Shown: positions 17,108 to 35,906, numbered from the stretch's first letter. The stretch: 64,000 nt of DNA from the human T2T-CHM13v2.0 reference genome, Homo sapiens (GCF_009914755.1 NC_060926.1), one strand, 5' to 3'. The notes: generated by a model not told the origin, from the sequence alone. Numbers and translations: made by a program.

Positions 17108-18069
17108 TAAAGCTCACTGAGGACATGAACTAAGATTCTGTGGCCAACAGGGTCTTTCTATATAGTAGATAGTCAATAAATATTTGTAGATGGATGCATG
17201 GATATTTTTTCAACTGACTATTTGAATATGACTTCTGATACATATGAGTATCAGTACCCAGGGAATACATGATCCAAGGCTGGGGAGACATGGGCTTAAT
17301 ATTTACTAACATTTTCCCTTACCTGCCACCTGCTTCTCTTGAGACATTAAATCCAAAGGCTATAAATCCTGCTGCTTTGCATGGCTGGGTTAGATTGCAT
17401 ATGAGAATTTTGCAAAGCAAAAAAGATACATCACACCAACTGGCCTCTCAATGTATGCTCCCCTCAAAAGGCTTTCAAGCCAAAAATCCCTAAGCAGTAA
17501 TTATGTGCAAGGCAAAGAAATTAAGAACTCTGACTGGGAAGACATTAAATGAGTCTCTGGAATGTTGTAAAAGACTTATATGCAAGGCTCTATCCTCCCA
17601 CTGGATTCTTTTCTGGCTCCTTGCCATAGGATCTATGGAGAACAAGTTCTCATACAGGAATTTCCCCTTGCATATTGGGAGAAGATACATTAAAATCTGG
17701 TTACGAATCACAGCTGGGTGCTTTGAATTCAGTTACGTCCCCATGCACAATAATGGTGTGTACAAGGCATCACTCCTAAAGACAACAAAAACCTATAAAA
17801 TAGAATTTCTAAGGCACAGAGTCCCTCAGTAATAAAAATCTGCAAGGGCCAAACAACCTAGGAGTTATCTTTATTCCCTTCCATTAGCAAACCAGAGAAC
17901 ATCTTCTGGGCTTCCCCCTACTGATCTCTTAGGAATCACTGTGAATGTGAGAGCTTAGGGAAGGCAGGTGGTTGATGAATATGAGTGGGGTATTATAGTG
18001 GGATATATTTAAAAGATGAGTCTGTTTGAAAAGGAAGCAAAGGCCCAGCCTGGCTTGTAATGACCCTGA

Positions 18070-18810
<741 letters not shown>

Positions 18811-18856
18811 TAATAGAGTAATATGAATAGGAAACGTTTCTCAGTGCCATCTGTAG

Positions 18857-19210
<354 letters not shown>

Positions 19211-19589
19211 GAGACTTCCTCTTTCATCAGGGAGAGGCCCCAAAGGCTATTACCAAAGCTTTGCCTGCCTGGTGAGCATGGCTAGGTGGTCGCCCTTCCC
19301 GTCTTCGAAAATCATTTCCTCTGGGAATCCCTGCCCAGCTGACTCCATTCAGCTTGTTTGCCAGATCACCCCAGGAAGCTCTTAACCCTCACCCACTAGA
19401 ACATGAGGCACCCACATGGCCCAGGGTTTCCCTCCAAAGATTTCACCATAGTCCCCACAAGTAGGCTTGTGTCTAACAGGTGTTCTCAGTGGGGAAGGCA
19501 GAGGTTGGAAAGAGCGTCCGTGGCGCACATCTCTGTAATAATAATGGATCCCGTTTCCCAGGTCCTCACCTCTTCATGCCCCCTCCCAG

Positions 19590-19915
19590 GGAGGCCTTCT
19601 CAGATATGCTAAATGAAGTGGCCCTTTCCCCCCCCCAGCACTCTCTATCTCCTAACCTGACTTTACTTTTTCCCACAGAAATTTTCACCTTTGACACAAT
19701 TTATTTTTATTTATGTGCTTTCTGTCTTCTTTCACAAGATTGTAAGCTTTAAGAAAGTGGGGATTTCACTCCCGCCTGAGCGACAGCAAGTCTCCATCTC
19801 AAAAGAAAAAAAAAAAAGGAAGCAGGGATTTTTGTCTATCTTGTTCTCTTTTTCCAGCACTTAGAACAGTGTATGGCAATAGTAAGTACTCAATAAACAT
19901 TCTTGGAATCAATGC
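19590..19915 (+). mobile_element. L2 3' remnant interrupted by a truncated Alu
   Basis: agattgtaagcttt...ccagcacttagaacagtgtatggc...gtactcaataaac. Confidence 0.6.
19767..19815 (+). mobile_element. Extremely 5'-truncated Alu
   Basis: cactcccgcctgagcgacagcaagtctccatctc plus A tail; degenerate TSD 19751-19766/19816-19831. Confidence 0.8.
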
Positions 19916-20659
19916 CTACTGAGAGGCAGGTGCTTTGCATTGATCACAACCTCCTGCAAGTGAATATTGGCCTCCCAGGGAAGCCGAGAGTCCTCCCCAT
20001 GCAGGGGTTGGGTGTTCTAATAGGGTATGTTTTCATGGCTGTTGTGTTAGTGAGTGGAGTCATTCTGCCTGGTTAAAAATCTCAGAATATATGGTATGTT
20101 TTCTTCTGTTTCTTTCTTAAACTGAAACCGTTAAAAGAACCAGACTCTGCCCTCTTCCTCCTTCTTTTCTCCCCATTGGCTTCGCTTCTGTCAAGAGGTC
20201 TGCAGAAAGAAGTCAGCCTTGGCCTGAAGATTAATCTACCTGGAAAATGGCGGGTCACCTGCTTCCTTGTTCTCACTGGAAGAGGTGGCTCAAGGTGGAA
20301 AGGGCCAGACTGTCAGCCACGGTTCTTAGTTGGACAACAGAATCCCAACTGTCTAATTTAAGTAGAAAATATGTTTTTTTGAGAGTGGTAGGTAGTTCAC
20401 AGAATTTCTGGGAAGGTCAAAGAAACAAGCCTAGAGGCTGGGCAGCTGGAATAACGCCCCAAATCACTCCACAAAAGTGGTCCTGGGGAGTCAGCGTTCT
20501 TGCCACTCCTGGGCTCACGAGGGCTCACCCCATCAACACCCAGGCCTGGAGCACTGAATGCTACTACAGGAACCTCATCCACGCTGCCTGAGAAAGTGGA
20601 TGTGGCTGATGCCACTCTCACTTCAATAGGTTCACACAGCACCCACTCCCTATATGACT

Positions 20660-21077
20660 TGCCATGTTGAGCAGGTCTATGCCAACCTGCAGACCTATCT
20701 CCAAAGGCCAAGGATGCTGAGAGGGGGAAGAAAGAGCCTGACAAATTCAGTTTCTCAGAAGGAAGCATTTAATAGGGAACTTGGGAATAGCAGCCATGTC
20801 TGGGGCTGCTGCTGCAAGACGGCGATCCACCCTCCAGAAAGTATCCTTTCTATAGTAAGCTTTTAGGGTAAAGTATGGGCAGCTGGTCACACTTTAGACT
20901 CATGGCTGCTAGGGAAGTTAGATACACATCTCTGCGAAGGGTTATCTATGCTACAGGCATTGTTTCTTGAACTCGCCGTGGGAATGCCTTGGTATACGGG
21001 AGTCAGACATCGGTCATTATGGTGGTTTTGCTTCAAGATGTCATTATTCTTGCTGTGCAACAGCCTGTTTTCCTACA
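20660..21077 (-). mobile_element. Solo LTR, LTR47-like (ERVL class)
   Basis: Minus strand starts tgtaggaaaacaggctgttgcacagcaagaataatgacatcttgaagcaaaaccacc and ends ...catagacctgctca. Confidence 0.65.
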
Positions 21078-21334
21078 ATAACCAACTACAGAGTCTAGCA
21101 AGTGTGTCAGGCTGAGCCTGGCTCATATGCTGGCCCTTAGGCAGCAAGAGAGGCTAGGGAGGCAAGCACTGACTTACCTTCTATTGTGGGAGGTGAGTCC
21201 TCATAAAATGGGGTGGGGCACTCCCCAAATGCTGAACCATCAACAAAGTATGACAAATGTCCACCTCATAGATACACTTAGGTGTCCCAGCCAAGTACAC
21301 TCTTACTAGTACCTTACTCCAGCATTAATTTTTC

Positions 21335-21955
21335 TTTTTTTTAACAGCTTTATTGAGATAGATTTTCATGTACCATATAATTTATCCATTTAAAGTGTAA
21401 AATTCAATGATTTTTAGTATATTCAGATTTGTGCAACCACCACCACAACCAATTTAGAACATTTTCATTATCCCAAATAGAAACCCCATTTCCTATGGCT
21501 ATCATCTCTATTCCCCTGTTCCTCCCAGCCCCAGCCAACTACTAATTTACTCTCTGTCTCTAGAGATTTGCCTATTCTGGACATCTTACATAAATCGAAT
21601 CATACAATATGTAGTCTTTTGTGACTGACTTCTTTCACTTAGCATTCATGTTGCCAAGTTTCACCCATGTTGTAGCATGTAACAGTACTTCATTCCTTTT
21701 TGTGGCCAAATAATATTCCACGGTATACAGACACCACATTTTGATTATTCATTAGTTAGCTGATGAACATTTGGGTTGCTTCCACTTTTGGCTGTTGTGA
21801 ACAATGCTGCTATGAGCATTTGTATACAAGTTTTTGTGTGAATGTTTCTGTGGATGCATGTTTTTGTTTCTCTTGGGTACCTAGGAGCAGAATTGCTGGG
21901 CTACATGGTAATTCTATATTTAACCACTCAAGGAACTGCTGGATTGTTTTCCCAT
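21335..21955 (-). mobile_element. Old L1 (L1MB-like) 3' end
   Basis: aacagctttattgagata...ccatttaaagtgta...gatttgcctattctggacat. Confidence 0.85.
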
Positions 21956-22019
21956 TAATTTCTAATAGTGAAATCTTACAGTCCCCACTTCACAAGAGAG
22001 ATGGACACAGAAAAGTTAG

Positions 22020-22472
<453 letters not shown>

Positions 22473-22629
22473 TAGGTCCTCATGTATATTTTCATTTTGG
22501 TCCCATCTCCCCTGTTATAAATTCCTGAAGGGGCTGTGTTTCACTTACTCTGTAACTCTGTCCTTGACCTTGTTCTTCCTTCCATCACCCTTCAACCCAC
22601 TGAATAAAGCTGGGAGGGATGCCAGAGGT

Positions 22630-22990
22630 CTGCTGCATAGCTGGTGTTTGTCCACCCAACAGCCATTCCCCTTGGCTAACAGAACCTGGGTTTCTTTTAC
22701 CTGACAATGGACTGGGCCTGGGATTGAATGGTAATTGGTCTAAACCAATCATGAAAATACCATCTTCCTCTGCTAGTGATTGGTTTAGCAATAAGCATGT
22801 GACCCAGTTCTGGCCAATGAACTGTAAGGAAAAGTCCACCTGGACTTCCAGAAAAGATTTTCTTCCCTCTTAAGAGAGAGTCCTGGGAGAGAACATCCCC
22901 TTTCTGCCTGCTGGGAAGTGGGTCTGTGAGGACAAGGTGGCCGCTGGTCACCAGCTGCCAAGCTGGGAATGCTGGAGGAAAGCCTGACCT
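22630..22990 (+). mobile_element. ERVL LTR remnant (LTR33/LTR16-like)
   Basis: ggtctaaaccaatca...tgattggtttag...gcatgtgacccagttctggccaatga. Confidence 0.6.
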
Positions 22991-23127
22991 TCTAGGCATG
23001 GGTGTGTAATGCACATGTTCCTCAGTGCTCCAGTGCTGGTGCCTGTATGCTTCACCCTTAGAAGACGTGGGCCTTCTCCCCACATATCCGTGAGTTCCAG
23101 CAGCTATTCTTTTCTGTCCTTACTTCT

Positions 23128-23498
23128 TGTATTAGTCCATATATTCACACTGCTATAAAGAAAACCTGAGACTGGGTAATTTAAAATGGAAAGAGGTTTA
23201 ATGGACTCACCGTTCTGCATGGCTGGGAAGGCCTCAGGAAACTTACAATCCTGGTGGAAGGCAAAGGGAAAGCAAGGCACCTCTTCTCATAGTGGCAGGA
23301 GAGAGAAAGAGAGAGCAAAGTGGGAAACTGCTAAACACTTTTAAAGCATCGATCTTGTGAGCACTCACTATCACTAGAACAACATGGGGGAAATCTGCCC
23401 CCATGATCCAATCACCTCCCACCAGGTTCCTCCCCGGACACATGAGGATTACAATTCCAGATGAGATTTGGGTAGGGACACAGAGCCAAACCATATCA
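23128..23498 (-). mobile_element. THE1 (THE1D-like) MaLR solo LTR
   Basis: tgtattagtcc...cagagccaaaccatatca; perfect 5-bp TSD cttct 23123-23127/23499-23503. Confidence 0.93.
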
Positions 23499-23770
23499 CT
23501 TCTCTCCTCTGGGATTCCATCACCCCTGATTCCCTGACCACCTTGGCACCTCAGACCAACTGATTCCCACCCTACTGTCGCCTGCTTCACTCCACCCCTG
23601 TCCACCCTCTGGCCTCATACTTCACCCTTAGCTCTCCTAAGAGCTCTTCTCAAATAATATTGGCTCTAGGTGGATAAAGTTCCCTTCACCCCTAGAAAGA
23701 GGTGGTAGTTGCACAGTGTTACCAATGCACTCAATGTCAAAGAACTGTATACTTTAAAACGGTTATTTGT

Positions 23771-24153
<383 letters not shown>

Positions 24154-24859
24154 TCATTGCTGACTCCTCCAATCCCCGGCAAGCAGTTCAGTGTCTCCAT
24201 TCTGTTCACCCCCTGTGGCCCTGCTCAAATCCTTGTCAGCTACCCATGCCATGGGCAGCCCCTTGCTCCAATGTCTAGACTCATGTGTGCCTCACTCTTG
24301 TCCCTTGTCTTAGGCAAATGTCTGATCTGGGGTCTCTCTCTGCCTCTCATTCTCTAGTTTTTGCTCCCAGGCTAAAGAGATGGCCATAGAAAACCACAGA
24401 ACCTAACTACATACGCATTCTTGCTTTGAATGATTACTTCGTTCTGCTCACAATGCCGTTTGCCTCTGCTGTTGGACTGGAGACTGCTGCCCAAGACATT
24501 TCATCTCCTGCAGCTTCCTGGAGCCCCTTCCTCGCCTTTTCCTGACCTCCTATCCTCAGCCTCCCTTCCAACTTTGTCAGGAAAGTCAAAGCCATTAGGC
24601 ACACTCCAGGTTTTCCCTCTGCCCTGCTTTCCTCTTCCACACATCACTCGCCTTTCAAGCAATTCCCCTTTGCTTCTTGCTCTGAGGAGCAGAGTCTGCC
24701 CAGCGTCCAGGCCACATCATTCTCCACGACTCCTGATGCCTCAGCTCCTGCTCGCATCCCGGCCGGTGATCCTCAAGGGCTCTCCAGTGTCTCCAGCCTC
24801 TCACATTTTCCTCATTCTCTCCCCTTTGCCCAGAAACATACACAGATGTCCAACATAAA

Positions 24860-25400
24860 AATTCTTCACTGGACCTTGCTGCTCACATATTCTATTTACT
24901 TTTCACCTTGACAGAGAAACTTCTCAGAAAAGCACCTTCACTTTCTCAATCCACAGTCCCTCCTCAACCATCTGCTATGTGGCTGCCACTCTTGGCATTC
25001 TACAAAAATAGCTTTTCCAAAGGCCTCCAGTGACTTTGTAATTGCCACACCCCAAGGCCTTTCCTCAGTTTTGGGAACCTCCTGTCCCATGTTTTCTTCT
25101 CTTAACATGTCTGCCCCTGCTCTGTCATGGCCCATCCTGGCTTGTCTCTTGACTTTCTGAGAGACCCAGCTTTGACTCTTACTTGCTCCCCATCCTTCTC
25201 TCTACAAAGTTGCCCTTAGTGACCATCCCCTCTCAGCACACACAGTTTCCAAATCTATATCTCCAGCTTCTGTGTGACCATGGGCAAATGATCTCACTGA
25301 GACTCAGTTTCATCATTTATAAGTCAACCATTTGACACCCCCTGAGGTATTCAATGGCCACCTCAGAATTATTACATTTCACCCTGGATCATCCTTTTTT
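24860..25400 (+). mobile_element. L2 remnant
   Basis: ctcctcaaccatctgc...ccaaaggcctccagtgact...ccaaatctatatctccagc. Confidence 0.5.
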
Positions 25401-25477
25401 CCCCCAAAACAACTCTTCGTCCTGTTGCTGTTGCTGTTTCTTCTTCTTCTCCTGTTGCTGTTTCTTCTCAAGACACC

Positions 25478-26122
<645 letters not shown>

Positions 26123-26237
26123 TAAGCATGTTTTTTAAACAATGATAAAATCTTCTAGAATTAATCTCCCAATCACTGGGCTTCATACGCATCTCTGATC
26201 TCTACCTCTCCCTGATTCCACATCACTCACTTGCAAG

Positions 26238-26814
<577 letters not shown>

Positions 26815-27081
26815 TATTTATTTTTTTGAGACAGGGTCTCACTCTGTCATCCAGGCTGGAGTGCAGTGGCATGATTGCAGCTCACTGCAGCCTTGACCCC
26901 TGGGCTCAAGCGATCCTCCCATCTCATCCTCCGAAGTAGCTGAAACTACAAGTGCATGCCACCACACCTGGCTAATGTTCGTTTTTTCTGTAGAGACAGG
27001 GTTTTGCCATGTTGCCCAGGCTCATCTCGAACTGTCTGCCTTAGCCTGCCAAAGTATTGAGATTACAGATGTGAGCCACTT
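26815..27081 (-). mobile_element. AluJ with left-arm deletion
   Basis: gctcactgcagccttgacccctgggctcaagcgatcctcc. Confidence 0.85.
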
Positions 27082-27529
27082 GATCATAGTTATAATTTTT
27101 GTTGCTGATTTCCCCAACTCCAGTCTCTGTCATATTAGTTAGTGCTCAATATACTTGTGATTATGTTATTTTGCTACTCAGAAACTTTCAATAGTTCTTC
27201 ATTGCCTTCGGAGCAAAACACAAATTCATGAGCCTGGTGTTCAAAGTATCTTCACGGTAGAGGTCCTATATATCTAGAATTATCTGTATGAACTCTCCAC
27301 TGTGGTCAACTTAATCTACTTGCCACTCCCCAAACACACCTCTGCCACTCTCTCTCTCTGGAATTCTTCCCACCTTGTCAAAATGCTACCCATCTTATAA
27401 AGCCTATGTCAAATATTTGTGTATATTTTATGGTCTCTATTGGATTGTGTGTTCCCTGAAGACAAACAGAGTATCTTTCACATTTGTGTGTTCCATGGGC
27501 ACCTTGCCCATGGTAGGGGAAGGGGAAAA

Positions 27530-27735
27530 ATTAGCATTTACTGAACACCTCCCGTGTGCCAGAGATAGTGGAAATTGCTTTACATATGCTATCTCATTAA
27601 ACCCTGAGAGCAACTCTATTCAATAGGGATTATTATTCTAATTCATTGATCATAAAACTGAGGTTCAATGGCGTGATTTTTCCAAGGTCACAAAGCTAGT
27701 TATTGCTAGAGTCAAAATTTGAAACTGAGAGCTAT
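27530..27735 (-). mobile_element. MIR
   Basis: agcatttactgaacacc...aaactgaggttca...ccaaggtcacaaagctagt. Confidence 0.7.
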
Positions 27736-27764
27736 CTAACAATAAATACATTTGAGGAAGGAAG

Positions 27765-28730
27765 AAGCAAATAATTATGCTCACAAAGGATAAATCACAA
27801 AAGAAATACAAATGGCTAAAAAACACATTGAAAAATTCAGCCTCACTCATCAGCTTTCAAACAGTAATGTTTTTTACCAATCAAAAGTTATTAAATATAC
27901 TGGCCAGGCATGGTGGCTCACACCCTGTAATCACGCCTCAGATGGATGGATCATTTGAGGTCAGGAGTTCAAGACCAGCTTGGCCAACATGGCGAGACCC
28001 TGTCTCAACTAAAAATACAAAAATTAGCCAGGCATGGTGAAGTGCACCTGTAATCCCAGCTACTTGGGGGTCTGAGGTAGGAGAATCGCTTGAACTGGTA
28101 GGCGGAGGTTGCAGTGAGCTGAGATCAAGCCACTGCACTCTAGCCTAGGTGACAGAGTGAGACTCCCTCTTATTAATATGCAATAATATGTTGGCAAGTG
28201 TTGGGGAACAGGGACATTTTGCACTATTGGTAGAAGCAAAAATTGGATCATCTCTGGAAGGCAATATGACCTTTAAAAATGTGCAGAGCCTTTGACCTAA
28301 TTAACTCCACTTCTAGAAATGTAACCTGAGGAAGCAGCAAGAGATGCATAAAAGCATTTATAATTAATTTATAATTAAGGATGTTTATCTTGGCATGGAA
28401 AACCAGAAACAAGCTAAATATCCAACAAGCGGTGTTTACTAAATACACTGTGCTCACACTTATCATAGAACCCAGTATAGCAATAAAAAAATTATAAAAA
28501 GATACTTCATGACATGGGAATGTGCTCATAATGTATTAAGTAAAAACATAAACCAGGTGGCAAAGCAGCATTGCAACATGATGCAATATATTTAGAAAAT
28601 TATGAATATAAAATGACTCAAAGGATATATTCTAAAATGTCTAATAGTGTTTATTTCTAGAGGTGGGTTTTATTTGCATTTTGCTTATTGATATTTTCAA
28701 ACTTTCCACACTGAGTGTATATTACTTTTT
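27765..28730 (+). mobile_element. Old L1 (L1ME-like) fragments interrupted by an Alu
   Basis: aaatacaaatggctaaaaacac...gttggcaagtgttggggaac...tttgacctaattaactccacttctag. Confidence 0.6.
27902..28167 (+). mobile_element. AluS, left-arm deletion, tail lost
   Basis: ggccaggcatggtggctcac...gacagagtgagactccctct. Confidence 0.88.
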
Positions 28731-28739
28731 AAAAATTGG

Positions 28740-29024
<285 letters not shown>

Positions 29025-29955
29025 CTATGCTTCCTAGGATCAGAACAATCAAAACACATCAGATATGAGGCCTTCCGAAGGGAGTGTCATCCACTGCCCA
29101 GCACCTGCCACACCACACCCTTGGGCTGGGCAAACTTCTGGAACAGTGGGAAGTGCGGGGGCGAGAGCGCCTCACCTCAGTCTCCAGTTCTGTTGCTTGT
29201 CAGAAAAGCACCCAAGGGCCCGTTAGGAGGCATCATGGTGGTGCCTAGCTGATGGCCAAGGCCCCAAGAGAGGCTTCAGTGTAGGAAGCCATTGTAACTT
29301 AAAGCTGAGGAAGAAACACAGGTGCAGATTCCAGAGGAGTTCACATATTCACCTCCTAGAATGCTATATGGTTTGTGGTCAACCTCACCGCCTGAGGAGC
29401 AGAGCAGGCTTGAGGCCAAGTGAGAACACAGCCTGGGAGTGAGTCATGGGAGATGGGAAAAAAAGCGTAGCAACCAACAGAGACTTAAGCTGAAACCAAG
29501 TGTAGGAGTTGACAGAAATGAGGGTGGAGATACAGACTTGCAAGGACTGACTTTGAAAAAGAACCTGTTTTTCCAACCAGGGACCTGGATGTTTTTAAGG
29601 TCAGATTGCCTTCTAGAGTAGATCTAATTTTTGCTTTTACCAAAAGCAGGAATTTTTTAGGTCTTATGTAGCCCCTAGCTCACACAAAACCATTGGTGGT
29701 TGTTTTTTTAAAAACAAACAAATTTTGATTATAAAGAAAATGCTCAAATGAACAATATGCATATGATTCAGCCCTCATGGAAACTTTTTAATACCTGCAA
29801 AGCCCCTGACTTCATTCTTCACATCTGTCTTTCAAGGTAGACTAGCAATGGCATGGTCTCCATCTGGCAGATTAAAAACAAAAACAAAAACAAACAAACA
29901 AAAAACCTGAGAAATTAAAATCACGTTTCCATAGCTTGACCATGTTGAAAGGTGA

Positions 29956-30387
<432 letters not shown>

Positions 30388-30629
30388 TAGAAGGAGTGGA
30401 GGACTCGCAGCTGGAAGAGCTGCCAACCACTTCACTTTCCAAAGTATTGCAAACCATGAAAGTGTGAGTTCTAACTCCACATTTCAGAGAGCTGATTAAC
30501 CTCCTGAGCTGTGGTCTCCTTGTATGTAAAGTGCAGTTCACACCTCCAACAAATATCTGCTGAGCACCTACTGTATGTCGGACATTGTGCTAGGCACTAG
30601 CAACACAACTATGAGCCCTTCCTGACCCT

Positions 30630-31409
<780 letters not shown>

Positions 31410-33006
31410 TTAACTTCCACAACTGGAGTATTTGCAGGTCCTACTGGCCCAACCTGGTACCAACCAGTTGAAAATAATGGGTGTGTCCAGAACGTCACTG
31501 GTTCCTGACCTCCGATCCCACTCAAGTCCTGCGGATGCTCTGCGCTGCGCTCTCAGGCTGCCCTCTGGGGATACACCTGTGTGCACGCCAAGGGTGCTGC
31601 TTCCACTACACCAGTGGTGTAGGTGCCAACATGGAGTTACACCTCTGCTGCCCTCACACTCACAGAGATGCTTTGCTGCACAGCGGGGTGAGGACAATGA
31701 CCCTCTCCTCCACTCAGTATCCCTGAAGTTACTTTGGAACCTAAGCAGATAGCTGTGGCCTCTGTCTCCCTGACGCCCTGCGGAAATGGCTCCTTTAGTC
31801 CTTCCCTGCTGCCACCTGCCACTGGACTGGAAGACAAGGTCAGGGATTGGCACTGCATTTTTTCTATGCAAAATTCTTCCCCCGCTTCCTCTCTTCCTAT
31901 GTTGTCTTCCCCCTCTCCTTCTCCCATGTAAATGCCCCATGTAAATAGATGCCTGTATGGACTAACGAAGCAGTGTCCTCTGGCTGTGTAATCTGCTGTA
32001 TAATTCATATGATATGACATTATCAGCATTTCCTAATCTCCCTCTTAGTTGGCCACCCAGCCCCTTATCTTTATCCTACCCCAACTCCCTCACCCAGAGA
32101 TACACAGTCCAGTATTTGTTGATTTGAATTGACGGAACTTGGGGCCCGGCAGTTCAGGCAGTCAGTCCCAGTCTCCTTGGCCCCTTCGAGTCATCAGACG
32201 GGACCCAGGCAGATCTGTGAGTGCATCAGTCCTGGACCAGTCTCTAGGTGCTCAGCGTGCTGCGGGAGATCTGGGTGTCTGGGGAGGGACCACACAGCAG
32301 GATCAGAACCTTGAAGGAGGCTCCTGCCCCTGGTGGCCTGCAGGGCATGCTGGCCTGCCCTGAGCTTCTGCTTGTGGCCCCGACATCCTGCCACTTCTTG
32401 CCTGTCTCTCTGCATAGGCTCTGACTGGGGTATCATGCTGTGAAGGGTCCACCAGGCCCTGTGCCACCAACTAGGCCTTCTCACAACCATTACTTAAGCT
32501 TACCTGAACTTCACATGCCCCCTGGACCTTGCACCTGTGTGTCCAGGCTGGGTCAGCACCTTGCATTGTTCTCTCCTCACCCCTGCTTGAGCTTCCTACC
32601 CCTAACTTAAAAAAAAAAAAATCTTCAGCTACCTTCTTTAGCCCAGAAACTCTCCTCAGCTTGCATGAGAGAGGGGTTAGGCACAGAACAACCCTGTTGT
32701 TCTGATGGGTTAACTTCAGTCTTTCCCAGGCCAGCTTCCTCCCCTTACTCTGAGGGGCCTGTGCCACCAAGGTCCCAGCGTGGCTCAAGGCTCAAGCTCA
32801 CTTAACCACCATAGCAGCTGGTATCACCGCTTGGCTCCCTCTACTGGAGCAGAACAAAAGTTAGGGAGACAGGTGGAAGGGGCAACTATTAACACACATT
32901 GCACTATCTCTCGGTGGGCTCAGAAACTGGGGTAGGCCCAAACTAATGGGACAAGGCATCCAGTTACCATTAGGTGGAAAGACAGGCGGTGGCAGTGGGA
33001 GGATGA

Positions 33007-33402
<396 letters not shown>

Positions 33403-34584
33403 ATCTCTGTTCTTTTAAGGAGGCAAGAAAGTAAGAACAAAGGGACAGAAGAAAATGTACACACAGGACTGCCAAGCAATCCTTCTCTGCTTCTCCTTCC
33501 AAGCATGTGATGTGTCCAACTCCCTCATCTCTCTGTCCCTGCTAACCAGGATAGGATTATTTTAAGTAGGTGAAAAATGTCTTTGACCATGTAAGGCCTC
33601 CTGAAACTCTAAAACCTGTTTTGTAAGAGTCTGTGCTCATTTTAATTTAATTAGCAAACTTGGAATTGCTCACACTGCTTTCTGATTCTGCAAGATTCAT
33701 GAAAATGTATGCAAAATGTTATGGGGAATTGGTAAACTATGGTACTCTGTGTCTGTACAGCAATGCCCTTAAAAAGCAAGCTATCTGAGGCTGGTGATCA
33801 GGCAAGCTTCAGAACAATTCTCCCACTGGGTGGGAAGTTGGATGGGTGGCTTCCAAGGTTGCTTCTAACTCCAAGATGTTACGACACTAAGGTTAATGGA
33901 CACTGAAATGCAGGCCAAGAAAAACCATCTAACGTGAGGGGTTAAAAAAAGACTTGACAATGTTTTTTACCCAGAACACGGTGAGCTGAAACATTTCCAG
34001 CTAGGGCTGTCAACAAAGAATGTGTTTGCAAAACATTCAGAAATTAAAGTAAACTTCAGCAGGCAAATGATAAACCTTCCCTAAAAAGGTAATCACATGG
34101 TGAGTGACCAGATTTTGGATGTGGTCCAAAATGCTTTCACATTTTTAACTCCAAATGGGCTGGGGCACTTGCTTTGAGGGTCAAAAACATGAGAAGTTAG
34201 GATAATTGCCTCCTACTCAGCAGGCAGCCGTGGGAAAGCTGTGAGAAATAAAGTACCTGGTGGCGACTCCGAAAAGCCAGCCAACCCCTGAGGATTGTGG
34301 TGCAGGAAGAAAGGGGCATAGAGTGGGCACACAGCGGTCCCAGAGCCATAGGAAAAGGAGGTCCCGGGGATACCAGGGCACCCCTCAGTCCAGCTGCCGA
34401 TGCCCTGGCCAGGGGGCAGTGTGGGTTGCTTTGCCATCCTCCTTTCTCCCGGATGCTATTCCAGCCAGTACAGCACCACATCTGGAAAAGTCCTCATTCC
34501 ATTGAGGCTCAGACTCTTCAACCACATCAAACTCTACCTTTTATTGGGGTGTGGAGGAGCTTTGGTTTTGGCTATATCTGCTTT

Positions 34585-35155
34585 ACAATTTTTTTTCATT
34601 GTGAAATAGATCATATTACAAAAGAATGTGCATAACGTATATGTCCAGCTTAAAGAATAATAATAAAAACCAGATACACATATCCACACCACCCAGCTTA
34701 AGGAATTGAACATTGCCAATACCATGAAGCTCACTCCATGCCCACCCTTCCCAATTGTCTTGCTCTCCCTTCCCAAACCCTGGGGCAAGCCACTGACCTG
34801 ACACAGGTGTTACTCATTCCCTGGCTTTCCTTTATAGTTTTAATCCATTTGTTGTGGATCCCTAACCAATATACTGCTTAGTGGTGCCTTTTGTGAATTT
34901 CATGTGACAAAGCCATGCTAATTGTAACCTTCTTAACATGCTGTCTTTGCTCAACAGTATTTTTGAAATTTGTTCATGTTGATGAGTGTAGCTGTAGTTT
35001 ATTTGGTTTCTTTGCTATATGGGATTTCATTATGCCAAAATTTCTTCGTTATTCTGTTACTTATGAATATCTGGGTTGTTTCCTTTTTTAGCTATTATAG
35101 ACAATGCTACTATGCACATTCTTGTACACATCTCCCATAGAGTATGTGCAAGAAT
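34585..35155 (-). mobile_element. Old L1 (L1MC/ME-like) 3' remnant
   Basis: cacccagcttaaggaattgaacattgcc...catgttgatgagtgtagctgtagttt...atgctactatgcacattcttgtaca. Confidence 0.65.
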
Positions 35156-35338
35156 TCCCCTCGGGCACAGCTACTCACAGTGTAGCTGGCAGACTCACTG
35201 CTGGTGCCCAAACTTTTATTGTTTTACAACAAGGTCAGGAGCTTGAGCCAGGATGTAAAGCAGCTACATCATTCAATTCACCATTTAGTTCAACTGCTAC
35301 TTTTTTTCATAGCAGGACTTCCTTTCAAAGGAGCAATT

Positions 35339-35644
35339 GGGCCGGGCCCGGTAGCTCACGCCTAAAATCCCAGCACTTTGGGAGGCCGAGGTGGGCTGAT
35401 TACTTGAGTTCAGGAGTTCAAGATCAGCCTGGACAACATGGTGAAACCCCATCTCTACTAAAAATACAAAAATCAGCCAGGCATGGTGGTACGTGCCTGT
35501 AATACCAACTCCTCAGGAGGCTGAGGCAGGAAGACCACTTGAGCCAGGAGCCAAAGGTTGGTCACCAGTGAGCCGAGATCAACCACTGCACTCCAGCCTG
35601 GAGAACAGAGAAATACCCTGTCTCAAAAAATAAAAAATAAAAAA
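35339..35644 (+). mobile_element. Alu (old S/J-like)
   Basis: gggccgggcccggtagctcacgcc...ccctgtctc plus A tail. Confidence 0.92.
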
Positions 35645-35836
35645 GTGCAACTGATTTCATTCCGGAAGAAGCTCCTCAATTCCTCCTACTTCTGCTGCTT
35701 GGCAGGGCCCTTGGTGTCCTCTACCTTTTCTCTTCACCTTCATCTGCCAATCTCTGGGCACCCTCTCCCTCATCAGTGAAGACTTTGGTCTCTCACTCAG
35801 CCTCTCAGTTTTGCTCAATAAAAATGTGCTGCATGA

Positions 35837-35906
35837 GCGAGCTGAGATCGCGCCACTGCACTCCAGCCTGGGTGACAGAGTGAAACTCCGTCAAAAAAAA
35901 AAAAAA
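35837..35906 (+). mobile_element. 5'-truncated Alu (3' end of right arm) within an L2 tail
   Basis: gagctgagatcgcgccactgcactccagcctggg...; TSD gtgctgcatga/gtgccacatga. Confidence 0.85.

Noticed and set aside
31410-32029. Overlapping 106-176 aa ORFs on both strands
   Set aside because: No recognisable domains or supportable exon structure; chance ORFs.
32458-32770. cctgtgccaccaa recurring exactly 300 bp apart
   Set aside because: 13-bp match with no similarity in between; not a convincing TSD or array.
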